DNA of 64,000 bases from Centroscyllium fabricii (Eukaryota): the NCBI GenBank assembly GCA_051313645.2, contig JBNRSN020000006.1, forward strand, positions 40,610,001 to 40,674,000. The letters run 5' to 3'. The position numbers were made by a program, and so were the translations under genes. The number at the start of each line of letters is the position of its first letter. Position 1 is the first letter of the stretch. Below are positions 24,005-34,650 of this stretch, one piece after another. The notes under the pieces are model-generated. The model did no database searches. It was not told the DNA's origin and saw only the letters and a list, made by a program, of their open reading frames with translations.

Positions 24005-24400
24005 CTCCTTGCAGCAGAGAAGGTTAATGGGAAATTTAATGGAAGTGTTCAAAATTTTATGGGATTTTGATAGATTAAATAAGGGGAAACAGTATCCGCT
24101 GGCAGGAGGATTGGTAACCAGAGGACACTGTCATTGTCATTGTCAAAAAAGCCAGAGGGTAGATGAGGAGATTTTTTTTTACGCTGCGAGTTGTTGTGAC
24201 CTAGAATTCAGTGCCTGAAAAGGTGGAGGAAGCAGATTCAACAGTTACTTTTAAAAGGGAATTGGATAAATACTTGAAGGAGAACAATTTGCAGGTCTAT
24301 GGGGAAAGAGCGGGGGAGTGGGACTAACTGGAAAGCTCTTTCAAAGAGCCAGCACAGGCACGGTGGGCCGAATGGCCTCCTTCTGTGCTGTAAGATTCTA
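24005..24400 (+). mobile_element. Old CR1 3' fragment
   Basis: TRGH motif trace and 3' UTR GGGCCGAATGGCCTCCTTCTGTGCTGTAAGATTCTA. Confidence 0.8.
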
Positions 24401-24401
24401 T

Positions 24402-26204
24402 GTGGGGAAAATTCAGTTGGTTGCGCCTCCCGTTAGTGCCTTAAGAGGGCGCTAATGGGGGCGCAACGCAACTAGCGCCCAGGCGCGGCGAGTTTAGCGC
24501 TGCTCGGGAAATTGACTAGGCATTTTGCGGCGGCGCTAAGCACTACCACCACGGTCTCCTGCGCCAGCAGATTGTGACATCATTCGAGTGCGCAACACCC
24601 TGGTAGCGCCCCGGACCGGATATTGAGTGGCGCCCCCTGCCTTGCCGCCTGCCGCTAGCAACGACAGATTGAGGGGAGCATTTTGCAGTCAGAAAGGGAC
24701 TGGGGGAGCGCTATTTAAAGTTGACTGCTTCCTGACTTTTTTTGTTGGTGATATTTTTGCACCACACATTCTGAGAGAGGGTCTTCTGGAGAGATTCAAC
24801 ACTGTGTGAAGGAGGTTTGGGTACTGAGCAGCACTTTGCAGGTTCATTTTGATTTTCCCTTCCTAGTATCGATTTAGAAGAGAATGTGGGGGCTGCACTC
24901 TCAGCTCTTTCCCTGGATCTCGCCATTGTTCTTCCCAGCAAATTTGATGTACCTGTCTCTCCAGGCCGAGGTTCAAGGCTGCAATGAGCAGGATGTGGAC
25001 GAAGAGCAAGATCAACCCGCCCCTTTAAGATAAAAACAGAAAATGCAGGAGAAACTCAGCAGGTCAAGCAGCATCTGTGAGGAGAGAAACAGAGTTAACG
25101 GTGGGGATTTTCCCGAAGTTGCAGCGATTTGGTGGGTTTTGGTCAGGTCGGGTTTCTGGCCCGCCCGCCCAAGGGCCTGGGAACCCCACGCAAATTTGGC
25201 TTAAGTAGCCAATTAATTCCCGCGTGCGGGGAGCCGCTTCCAATTGTTTGAATCAAGTCGGAAAGCAACGGGCTGAAGCTGGGAGCCAGAGCTTTGATGG
25301 ACAGTTCTAGGGACTGTCTGTTGTCAGTTTCCATGGAAACAGTCCACTGTGACATCACAGTGGAGTGCAACCAATCGCAAAGCCCAAATGTGTTGAGTGA
25401 CAAGTGTAAGGACGTGCTGGAAATCTTTCAGAGTTAGGGGCCATCTCTCAATCCAGCATTTCATCATCAGTCAAGGTGAGTCTTTTCAGTGTTTTCTCCA
25501 CAGATGGTCATCAGAAAAGGGAGTCACTTACACCTCCAGGGTGTTGAAGGCCTGGAAAGCAATCTGCTCTAGGTTCTTCAATGCCTTGAAGGTGAAAGTG
25601 GCCTAGCCGACTGTGATCCCGCTAGCGGGGTTTCAGGATGGCGGGGAATGGGTGGGAAGGCCTTTAAAATCGCGAGGGGCCCTTAAAATGGGGTTACCCA
25701 TGGCAATTAAGGGCCCCTAATTACCTCAACGATCTAACCGCCGGTGGCGGGCGAGAAAGAATCGGGGTGGGAAAACAGGCCAGCGGGAAAGTGCAAATCG
25801 GCAGGGATCCAGCGGGGGTGGGGGTCGTGATTCCCCCCCCCCCGGTTTCGCGATTTTAGACCCACCAGAAACCCACCCTCACGGACCCGGGAAAATTCCT
25901 CCCAACGTTTCAGGTCGATGACCATTTGTCAGAACTCTCCTTTAAGAATTGGACGGTGCCAGTGTGTCTGTGTTCCATTGCTGACTGACATCACATGAGC
26001 TTTGCCAGCGCTCTGAGGTAACGCCTCGCTCCTTGGCCATTGCGCCTTAACAGTGGTGTGGAGCGCCCGATTTAGCGCTCAAATCACCTCCAGGGGCGAG
26101 AAAAGCCAAATTTGCAATTGGAGACGATAATTAGCGGCAGGCGCTAAACTTAGTGCATCACCCAGAATGGCGGCCCAAACGGGGCGATACTGAATTTTTC
26201 CCCC
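24402..26204. mobile_element. Harbinger deletion-derivative MITE carrying a Penelope terminal fragment and a nested MITE
   Basis: GGGGAAAATTCAG / CTGAATTTTTCCCCC TIR; colinear with 29640-30629 and 50497-51768. Confidence 0.88.
25100..25903. mobile_element. Nested Harbinger-type MITE
   Basis: GGTGGGGATTTTCCCG / CGGGAAAATTCCTCCC TIR, AAC TSD; empty site visible at 30337-30352. Confidence 0.9.
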
Positions 26205-27029
26205 TAAGATCCTAACTCAAAATGGCTTAATCCATATTCCTAAATGTACTTTGTTGCACGTCCTTAATCCCAAAACCTAAACTTGAATGTCATTGCTCTC
26301 GACTGATCACAAGGGATGGTGGATTATTCGCAGTGAACATTTTCTATAGCTTCATATAGTATTTACTAGCTTTCAATTCAGCTTAATATACTCCTGTGTA
26401 GCATTCAGTCCTAACCTAACCTCATGCAATGACAGGCAATTCATATTTGGTGACAGATTGGATATATTACTGAAATTTCTGACTTTGCGCTGGTGTCAAA
26501 AATGTTGTGATGCAATCAAAGACCAACACTCGCTGGAACAGTCATGCGAAGGTATTCGGCCCTTCCTCTCTCACACGCTAAAGATAATTGACCTGAAATA
26601 AACGTGGTCATTAGGTGTTCCAAAAGCCAACTACTGGAGTGAATAAAAACAAGATTTTATCATCTTAACAGGCCTGCAGCTTCACCCAGAGCAGTCAGTT
26701 TTAATCTGCACCAATAATAGCTGGAGCATTTTCAAATTATCAGACCTGCTCTTACTAATAGTCATAATAGGAAAAACTGGGAAACATTGTCAGCTGGTTT
26801 TGAGAGACAATGGAGATTGGGGTGAAATGATAAAACCGGCATCTACAGAATTAGATTAATGATTCTTTTATTCAAGATGGTTTCAAATCCATCAAGCAGA
26901 GGCAGGATAAGTACAAAACCAGACAAGTATTATGCAATTCATTCTTTTTAAAAAACACAAATGCTGGAAATCTGAAATCAAAACAGAAAAAGCTGGAAAA
27001 GAAAGAAAGAAAGGAAGACCAGCAGTATT

Positions 27030-28750
27030 AGAATGTGGTACTGTCCTGTCCTCGACGTATGTGGCAAGGCATACAGTCCATCACGGACTACAAGTGCAGA
27101 AACACCAGCCCCCCGACCAGCGATGCCTCCCTACCAGAGGAACTCAACAACTTCTACGCTCGCTTCGACAGGGACAACAGGGAGCCAGCCACCAAAGTCC
27201 TGCAATTCCCGGAAGACCAGCCATTAACACTGTCCTCCTCCGACGTAAGAGGTGCTCTACGTGGAGTGAACGCACGGAAGGCCGCAGGTCCTGATGGAAT
27301 CCCCGGCTGGGCACTCAAAGACTGTGCTGACCAACTGGCTGAAGTCTTCACCGACATCTTCAACCTGTCACTGGCGAAGGCAGCTGTCCCTACCTGCTTC
27401 AAGACCGCCACCATCATCCCTGTGCCCAAGAAAACGGCCGTGTCGCACTTACACCCATTATCATGAAGTGTTTCGAGCGGCTGGTCCTGGCCCACATCAA
27501 AGCCAGTGTCCCCGCCACCCTAGACCAATACCAGTTCGCCTACCGAGGAAACAGATCTATGGAAGATGCTATCACTACGGCTCTTCACTCTGCGCTAAAC
27601 CACCTGGATAGCAAAGATATGTATATCAGAATGCTGTTTATTGACTACAGCTCAGCATTCAACACCATCGTCCCCAGCAAATTGTCTACCAAACTCCTCA
27701 CCCTCGGCCTGAACACCTCCCTCTGCAACTGGACCCTGGACTTCCTAACCAACAGACCACAGTCTGTGAAGTTAGGCAACCTCACCTCCCCCCCCACCTT
27801 ACCCTGAACACGGGGGCCCCACAAGGCTGTGTGCTGAGCCCCCTCCTCTACTCCCTCTTCACTCACGACTGTGCGGCTGTCCATGGCTCCAACACGATCA
27901 TCAAGTTTGCCGACGACACCACGGTGGTTGGCCAGATCACCAACAACGATGAGTCAGCCTACAGGGATGAGATCCAGTGCCTTGTGGGATGGTGTGCCGA
28001 CAACAACCTGGCACTGAACACCAAGAAAACTAAGGAGATCATAGTAGACTTCCGGAGGACTGAAAGCAGAAGACACACCCCCATCTTCATCAAAGGGGCT
28101 GAGGTGGAAAGGGTGTCCAGCTTCAAGTTCCTCGGGGTCTACATCTCGGAAGACCTCTGCTGGTCACTAAACACCTCCTCTCTGGTTAAGAAGGTCCAGC
28201 AGCGCCTGTACTTCCTGAGGAAGCTGAAAAAAGCCAGGCTGTCATCCGGCATCCTCTCCAACTTCTACCGCTGCACAATCGAAAGCATACTGACAAGCTG
28301 CATCACAGTCTGGTATGGAAATTGCACCATCTCGGACTGGAAGGCCCTGCAGCGGGTAGTCAAAACTGCCCAATGAATCACCGGTACCCAGCTACCATCA
28401 ATGGAAAGCATCTACCTCAAACGCTGCCTACGGAGGTCTCTGAACATTATTAAAGACCCCACACACCCCAGCCACAGTCTGTTTGCCCCCCTGCCCTCCG
28501 GGAGACGCTACAGATCAATTCGCACCCGCACGACTAGATTTAAGAACAGCTTCTTCCCCAGGGCTGTCAGCCTCCTGAACTCTAAAAAACAAAAACCTCC
28601 GGTACCTGCACACCTGAAAATGTACTTTACTGTATGCAATTTGCATGTAATTTATTTGCACTACTCTCGGGAGCGTCGAGTCTTCGTCTCGTTGTATTGT
28701 ACTAGTACTCTGCAATGACAATAAAACTTGAATTGAATTGAATTGAATTG
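27030..28750 (+). mobile_element. Rex1/Babar non-LTR retrotransposon, 5'-truncated, RT region to tail
   Basis: [63 protein letters not shown]; AATAAA plus (AATTG)n tail; frameshifts and a stop. Confidence 0.93.
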
Positions 28751-29639
28751 ATTTTGGTGCCGTGTCATTTGCTTCCTGTGGGAATGGGTCAGATCGCTCA
28801 ACGTGACTTGAGAAAAATGAGTCACTTACATAAATAGTGTATTCAGAAGATTTGTTTGTGCCTGTTTCATCTAACATCAGAAAAGGCAGTTAATACAAGT
28901 AATTACTGAAGCGATCGTGTTGCACGCACTCTATTTTACACAAGATGCACAAACGTTTTTTCTTACGTTAATCATGTTAACTGAAGTGTAAATTGAAGAG
29001 TGAAAGTCAATAAAATCAGGAAGAATCATCAAATAATGGAGACCTCATTATTCAGACCATGCCACATATCAAGCATGCTTTCATCTAATATGTAGTAACC
29101 CTGAACCCGCTCCCACCTTCCCCCAACCCCAACCCCTGCAATCGTAAAGCTCTGCTGTAGCGCTGTTTTTGTTACTAAGCCTTGGCTTAAGTTTTTTCAT
29201 GTTACCTTTAAACCTATGTTATGAGATAGTCATTCAAGTAACAGGTAGCAAGTACAGGTACTTCATTATATCAAACATACAATGCATGTCTGCCCAGAAT
29301 CACATGATAATGAGGTTGAAGTGCATACAGTAGATAAACTTCATAAGACAGCGATTAATGTGAAAATTGTGTCCCATTGTAATTTAAGTACTCTGTATGA
29401 TTTGAGTGATAATCAATATTATCTGATTTTAACAGCAATGTGATAATGACCTGCTAATGGTTTTTAAGTGATGTTAGTTGAGCGATAAATATTGGCCAGG
29501 GCTCTGGGGAAAGCTCCCTAGCTCTTCTTCGAAATAGTGCCATGGGACCTTTTATGTGCACCTCAGTTTAATGTCTCATCCGAAATAAGGCACCTCCTGC
29601 GAAGGAATAAGCCATATAACCTATTCAGAAAAATACACT

Positions 29640-30629
29640 GGGGAAAAAAATCGGTTGGTTGCGCCATCCATTGGCAACCTAGGAGGGAGCTAATGGAGGC
29701 GCAAAGCAAGTAGCGCCTGGGCACGGCAAGTTTAGCGCCACTCGGCAAATTGACTAGGTACTTGGCGGGGGCGTTAAACATTAGCGCCATGATCTCCTGC
29801 GCCGGCAGATTGTGACATCATTCGAGTGCGCAATGCCCCGGTAGCACCCCAGACCAGATATTGAGTGGTGCCCCCTGCCTTACCGCCTGCTGCTAACAAT
29901 GATAGGTTGAGGAGAGCGTTCTGCAGTCAGAAAGGGACTGGGGGAGCGCTATTTAAAGGTGACTGCTTCCTGCCTTTTTTTGCTGGTGACATTTTTGCAC
30001 CACACATCCTGAGAGAATGAGAGAGAGATTCTGGAGAGATGCAACGCTGTGTGAAGGAGTTTTGGGTACTGAGCAGCACTTTGCAGGTTCATTTTAATTT
30101 GACCGTCCTTGTATGGATTTAGAAGAGAATGTGGGGGCTGCACTCTCAGCTCTTTCCCTGGGTCTCTCCATTGTTCTTCCCAGCAGATTTGATGTACCTG
30201 TCTCTCCAGACCGAGATTCAAGACTACAATGAGCAGGATTTGGATGGAGAGCAAGATCAACCCTCCCCTTTAAGATAAAAACAGAAAATGCAGGAGAAAC
30301 TCAGCAGGTCAAGCAGCATCTGTGAAGAGAGAAACAGAGTTAACGTTTCAGGTTGATGACTATCCATCAGAACTTTCCTTTAAGAATTGTGTCTGTGTTC
30401 CATTGCTGACTGACATCATATGAGCTTTGCCAGCGCTCTGAGGTAACGCCTCGCTCCTCGGCCTTTGCGCCTTAAGAGAGGTGTGTGGTGCCTGATTTAG
30501 CGCTCCAATCACCTCCAGGTGCGATAAAAGCCAAGTTTGCAGCTGGAGGCGATAATTAGCACCAGTTGCTAAATTTAGCACTGCGCTGAGTATAGCGCCC
30601 CAAATGGGGCGATACCGAATTTTTCACCC
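29640..30629. mobile_element. Harbinger-derived MITE nested in the LTR
   Basis: GGGGAAAAAAATCGG / CCGAATTTTTCACCC TIR with ACT TSD. Confidence 0.9.
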
Positions 30630-31502
30630 ACTGTCTTATGAAAGAATTCTGGCCTTATTAAAACTTGACAAACTGGGTTTGGAAATTTAGAAACCTAACT
30701 ATGAAATAGCTATGAAAGCATTCTGGCTATTGCGATAAGATAGCTGTTGACCCTGAATAAATAACCTTATTGGAACAGAAGGTGAAGGGTTCTGACAGGC
30801 TGAACTTTTGGGAACGAAACAATGGTTCACCCTGGATAAGGTGTTCTAAATTAAACTTCGTAAAGTGGGCACATAAGATAAGGAACATCTGCCCTCATAA
30901 AGATGACATAAAATAAGGAACACCTGCCTTTCACACCTTTCTATATTATGACCCTAGAGTACCTGGAGATGAGACAAAATTCTGGCTGATGTAGCAATAA
31001 GAATTGCAGAGGTCAGCAGTAAGATGAATAGGGAAAATTAACTTGCATCAGCAGAAAACTTTAAAAGAAATAGCACTGAATAAGGGTATAAATATTGAAA
31101 TCTCAAATGGGATATCAGACTCGCTTTAAGCAGGCAAGGCAATTCTCGGCTACCGAGGCAGCACTGTAGTCTCCAACACTTAGTATCTCGGGGATCAAAG
31201 GTATTTGATATTGATGGATATCCTGTATCGAAACCTTTAAGAACTGTAATACTGTAGCAAAGTTAAGATATAAAAGTAAGATTCTCTGTTAAAAAGATTG
31301 TATTTCTTCTATTTTTAGAGCTGTTAATGTTGTGATTGCCTGATTCACCCACTGTAAATTACATGTCGGTTCTTTTAATAAATCTCTATATATATTTAGA
31401 ATTGTCTCACATAAGTCTTCTGTATCAATAACTCGCAAACTCAATTTCTGTGCACTCTTTGGTGAAGAGTTACAGAATTCTGAGGGAGTTTTCCAGACAC
31501 TC

Positions 31503-32657
31503 TGTAACGGTCGGGGTGCGGGGCCCAAATGCAATGACACTGAGAGAACGGTCTAGATCCTAATTCCTTTAATATACAAAACATGTTATAAAAAGACATA
31601 CATATCAAAACACTAGTCTTTGCTAAAGACAGGCACAAACCTTACAGAGATTATTAAAACCCTCAAGACACACATAATAGAGTATCTAAAATACAGAAAG
31701 GGCCTAAATAATAAGAGGAAGTGAAAAGTCCAAATAATGAAGGCAGATGATGCAACAATGTCCTGACCTCTGGAACACTCTTCCTAGAGTATCCCTATCT
31801 ATGGCCTTTAGGTGGTCATCCTCAGAACTTCCAGAACTCAACCAAGAGCAAACCGGATATCCAAAAGGGCCTCATTGTCACTGGAAAGAAAGATGATTAC
31901 AACAATGTCCTGACCTCTGGAACACTCGACTAAGAGTATCCCTATCAATGGTCTTTAGGTGGTCATCCTCAGAACCTCCAGAACTCAACCAAGAGCAAAC
32001 CGGATATCCAAAGGGCCTCATTGTCGTGAAATGAAATATGATAGCAACAATGTCCTGACCTCTGGAACACTCTTCCTAGAGTATCCCTATCTATGGTCTT
32101 TGGGTGGTCATCCTCAGAACTTCCAGAACTCAACCAAGAGCAAACCGGATATCCAAAGGGCCTCATTGCCACTGGAAAGAAGTAAGCAAAGTCCATGAAG
32201 TAATATTGAAAGTCCAAACCTGAAACAGGCGATGAAGCACAGTGTCCAGAATTTAGGGTATAGAAACCCTCCAGAGTCCACTCATAAACTGGAACTCTCA
32301 CTTCCAGAGTCTTGATCACCAGGAACTCACACTTCCAGAGTCTTCTGAGGAGGGAATCCAAAACCCAGCTCACTGTCTTCCACTGAAACTGCCAAGTGTT
32401 ACATTGCTCCCATGCTTGAATGAAGAGCTCTCAAGGATCCAGCAACAGGCTGGTCAAAACCTCTAGCTTATAAACCAAACCGGCAAGCAGATAATTTGGT
32501 GTTAACCAACCAGCTGCAGGCACTGACAACAAGAACACACAGGAATGAGAAACAACAAATTGAGGTACAAATTAACAATACTACAGAACAAAACCAAGAT
32601 ACAAAGATGGATACCTTAAAGGGGTATGCACCTTAAAGGGGTATGCCAACTGTGACA
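31503..32657 (-). mobile_element. Second solo LTR nested in the first, with three ~140-150-bp internal tandem repeats
   Basis: TGTAAC...GTGACA ends with 5-bp TSD CACTC; repeats starting CAACAATGTCCTGACCTCTGGAACACTC at ~31753, ~31900 and ~32045. Confidence 0.85.
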
Positions 32658-33384
32658 CACTCATAATATCCGGGACATTACAGTCTAGCTGAACTTATTA
32701 AAAGCGCTAACTGGAGGACGGTAACATTCTCAGGTTGTTCCTTTCCTTTAGGGAGAGATAGCCTAGACCTTTAGACCCAATTAAGCGTCTTTAGGATTCG
32801 GCTACCTCAAACTTTAGTTGAAAGTGAACATCTGAGAAATACGCCTGATCCAGGGTAGCCCTAAAGAGGCTAGGACTGATAAATATCCTTTCACATCAAC
32901 AGTGCAGCCCTGCCTCAGTACTGCACTGAAGTGTCAGCTGAGAGTACGTGCTCAAGTCTCTGGAGTGTGGCTTGGACCCACACCCTTCAGACTCAGAGAT
33001 GAAAGTGCACCCACTGAGCCAGTTAGCTCATACTCACTGCTCAAAAATGCACACATCGCTGCGATCAGTTTGAGCACCCAATATCAGAGGTGACAGTGTG
33101 TCCCTGAAGCAAACATAAATAGTGGCAAAGCTCCTTGAGATACGGGGACAACATTATGCAATTTGTGACCTTTCAATGCGGTCACCCCTCAGCCTCATGA
33201 ATTATGACTCAATATTATTCTAACAGCAGCATTGAGTTAATAATTTTAATGGCCCAGATATTCTGATCCCTACGGGTGAGTACATGCTGTGTACCCACCC
33301 ATAGGGACATCGGAAATGCCGGTTTCAGGCATGCACAGCGCATGCACCGAAAACCAGCATTTTCGATCTGTCAAGAATGGTGTT

Positions 33385-33593
33385 CATGATGTGGAGGTGC
33401 CGGTGTTGGACTGGGGTGGACAAATGCAAGAAGTCACACAAACACCAGATTATAGTCCAACAGTTTTATTTTAAATCACAAGCTTTCGGAGCTTTTGCCC
33501 CTTTTTTCACCTGACGAAGGGGCAAAAGCTCCGAAAGCTTGTGATTTAAAATAAAACTGTTGGACTATAATCTGGTGTTTGTGTGACTTCTTG
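33385..33593 (+). mobile_element. Short Penelope-type insertion forming a perfect hairpin
   Basis: 13-bp TSD CAAGAATGGTGTT (33372-33384 / 33594-33606); inverted arms 33425-33503 and 33517-33595. Confidence 0.88.
33506..33545 (+). ncRNA. Minimal type I hammerhead ribozyme motif
   Basis: Stem I TCAC/GTGA, core CTGACGA, stem II GGGGC-AAAA-GCTCC, GAAA, palindromic AAGCTT stem III region, UH = UU; matches the Penelope-associated minimal hammerhead architecture. Confidence 0.8.
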
Positions 33594-34650
33594 CAAGAAT
33601 GGTGTTGACAGATCCTTCAGCTGCCCTGAAGAAGGGCCTCTGTGGGTAAATAGTTCTGCTTTTTTGAGACCCTCCACCCACAGAAAACCCTTACAATTAT
33701 CATTTTAAAATATTTTAAGTAAAGCTACGTTTATTTTTAGCCCCATAAAAAACTTCAATTATTTTTTTCAAAAAATTAAATTTTTGTTTAAAATACTTAA
33801 ATTAGTGTAATTTCAAGTCATTTTAAAAATGTGTTTTTTTTTATTTATTTAAAGTTTCACTATGTTTTTTCATTGATCGCCACTCATATATTTGACAGGT
33901 TTTCCTGTCAAATGTATGAAGGGAGATTCCCTTCTGTGATTGGCTAACCATGGCCTATGTGATCACAGGGAGGCTGCGAACTACCTGCGCCCCTGGGATA
34001 CGTGGGCCCTGCGCACTTCAAGTTTGTTGAGGCGCAGGTGTGAAAGCGTGTGCATCCCAGGAGCCCTCAGGTAAGGGCGCAGATTTTTCCAGATCGCAGG
34101 CCTCCACCCGAGGGAGGCCTGCGATCAGAAAATACGGGCAAATATGTGAATTGCTGTTGATTACTCTGTCTCTTGTGTTGGGTCTGTTAGTCGTAGCTGT
34201 CCCCTTCCACTAAACTCCATGCAGGAACTATTGCAAATAACCTTTCAAACACAACAATCTTTTGCATTGGTGTTCCAAACATGCAAAAATAAATAAATAA
34301 TGTGAAAGGAAGAATGCCTCTGCAGTATACTTATGAGAATAAGCCCCGCCATTAAGGTAACAGTTAACTAAGTCAAAAGCTCCACTGTATGTGCCAGCCC
34401 ACATGATCAAAGGGTGCCCCTTTCCATTGCCAGAAGCATAAGTTATTGCAGGGTATTAACAATGAAGGTATGACAAGGAGCAGTGGTGTCCGGAATGTAC
34501 ACTGCTGAGTGACAGCAGACCAAATCATCCTTGAGCCCTGCAGGCATGCTTGAACGCTCAGGTACGTCACAAGAGGAGCATTTCTTCCATATGCTGCTTA
34601 TTGTATGCTATCTTTCTGTTCATACCAGACAGTGGTGATGTGCTGTTGAA

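Larger units (their letters stand above)
29598..32895 (+). mobile_element. Solo LTR (same family as 7531-8661) with two nested insertions
   Basis: TGCGAAGGAATAAGCC...ATCCTTTCACA ends; GGGTATAAAT near 31085 and AATAAA near 31378; reverse-complement colinear with 7531-8661. Confidence 0.85.
29430..33020 (-). mobile_element. Deu-domain SINE split by the LTR nest (pieces ~29430-29597 and ~32896-33020)
   Basis: ...GTCTCATCCGAAA..GGCACCTCC joins AACAGTGCAGC...CAGTACTGCACTG across the insertion, as in the intact copy at 46840-46895. Confidence 0.75.
33251..34140. mobile_element. Harbinger-type MITE
   Basis: GGCCCAGATATTCTGATC / GATCAGAAAATACGGGCA TIR with AAT TSD. Confidence 0.8.
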
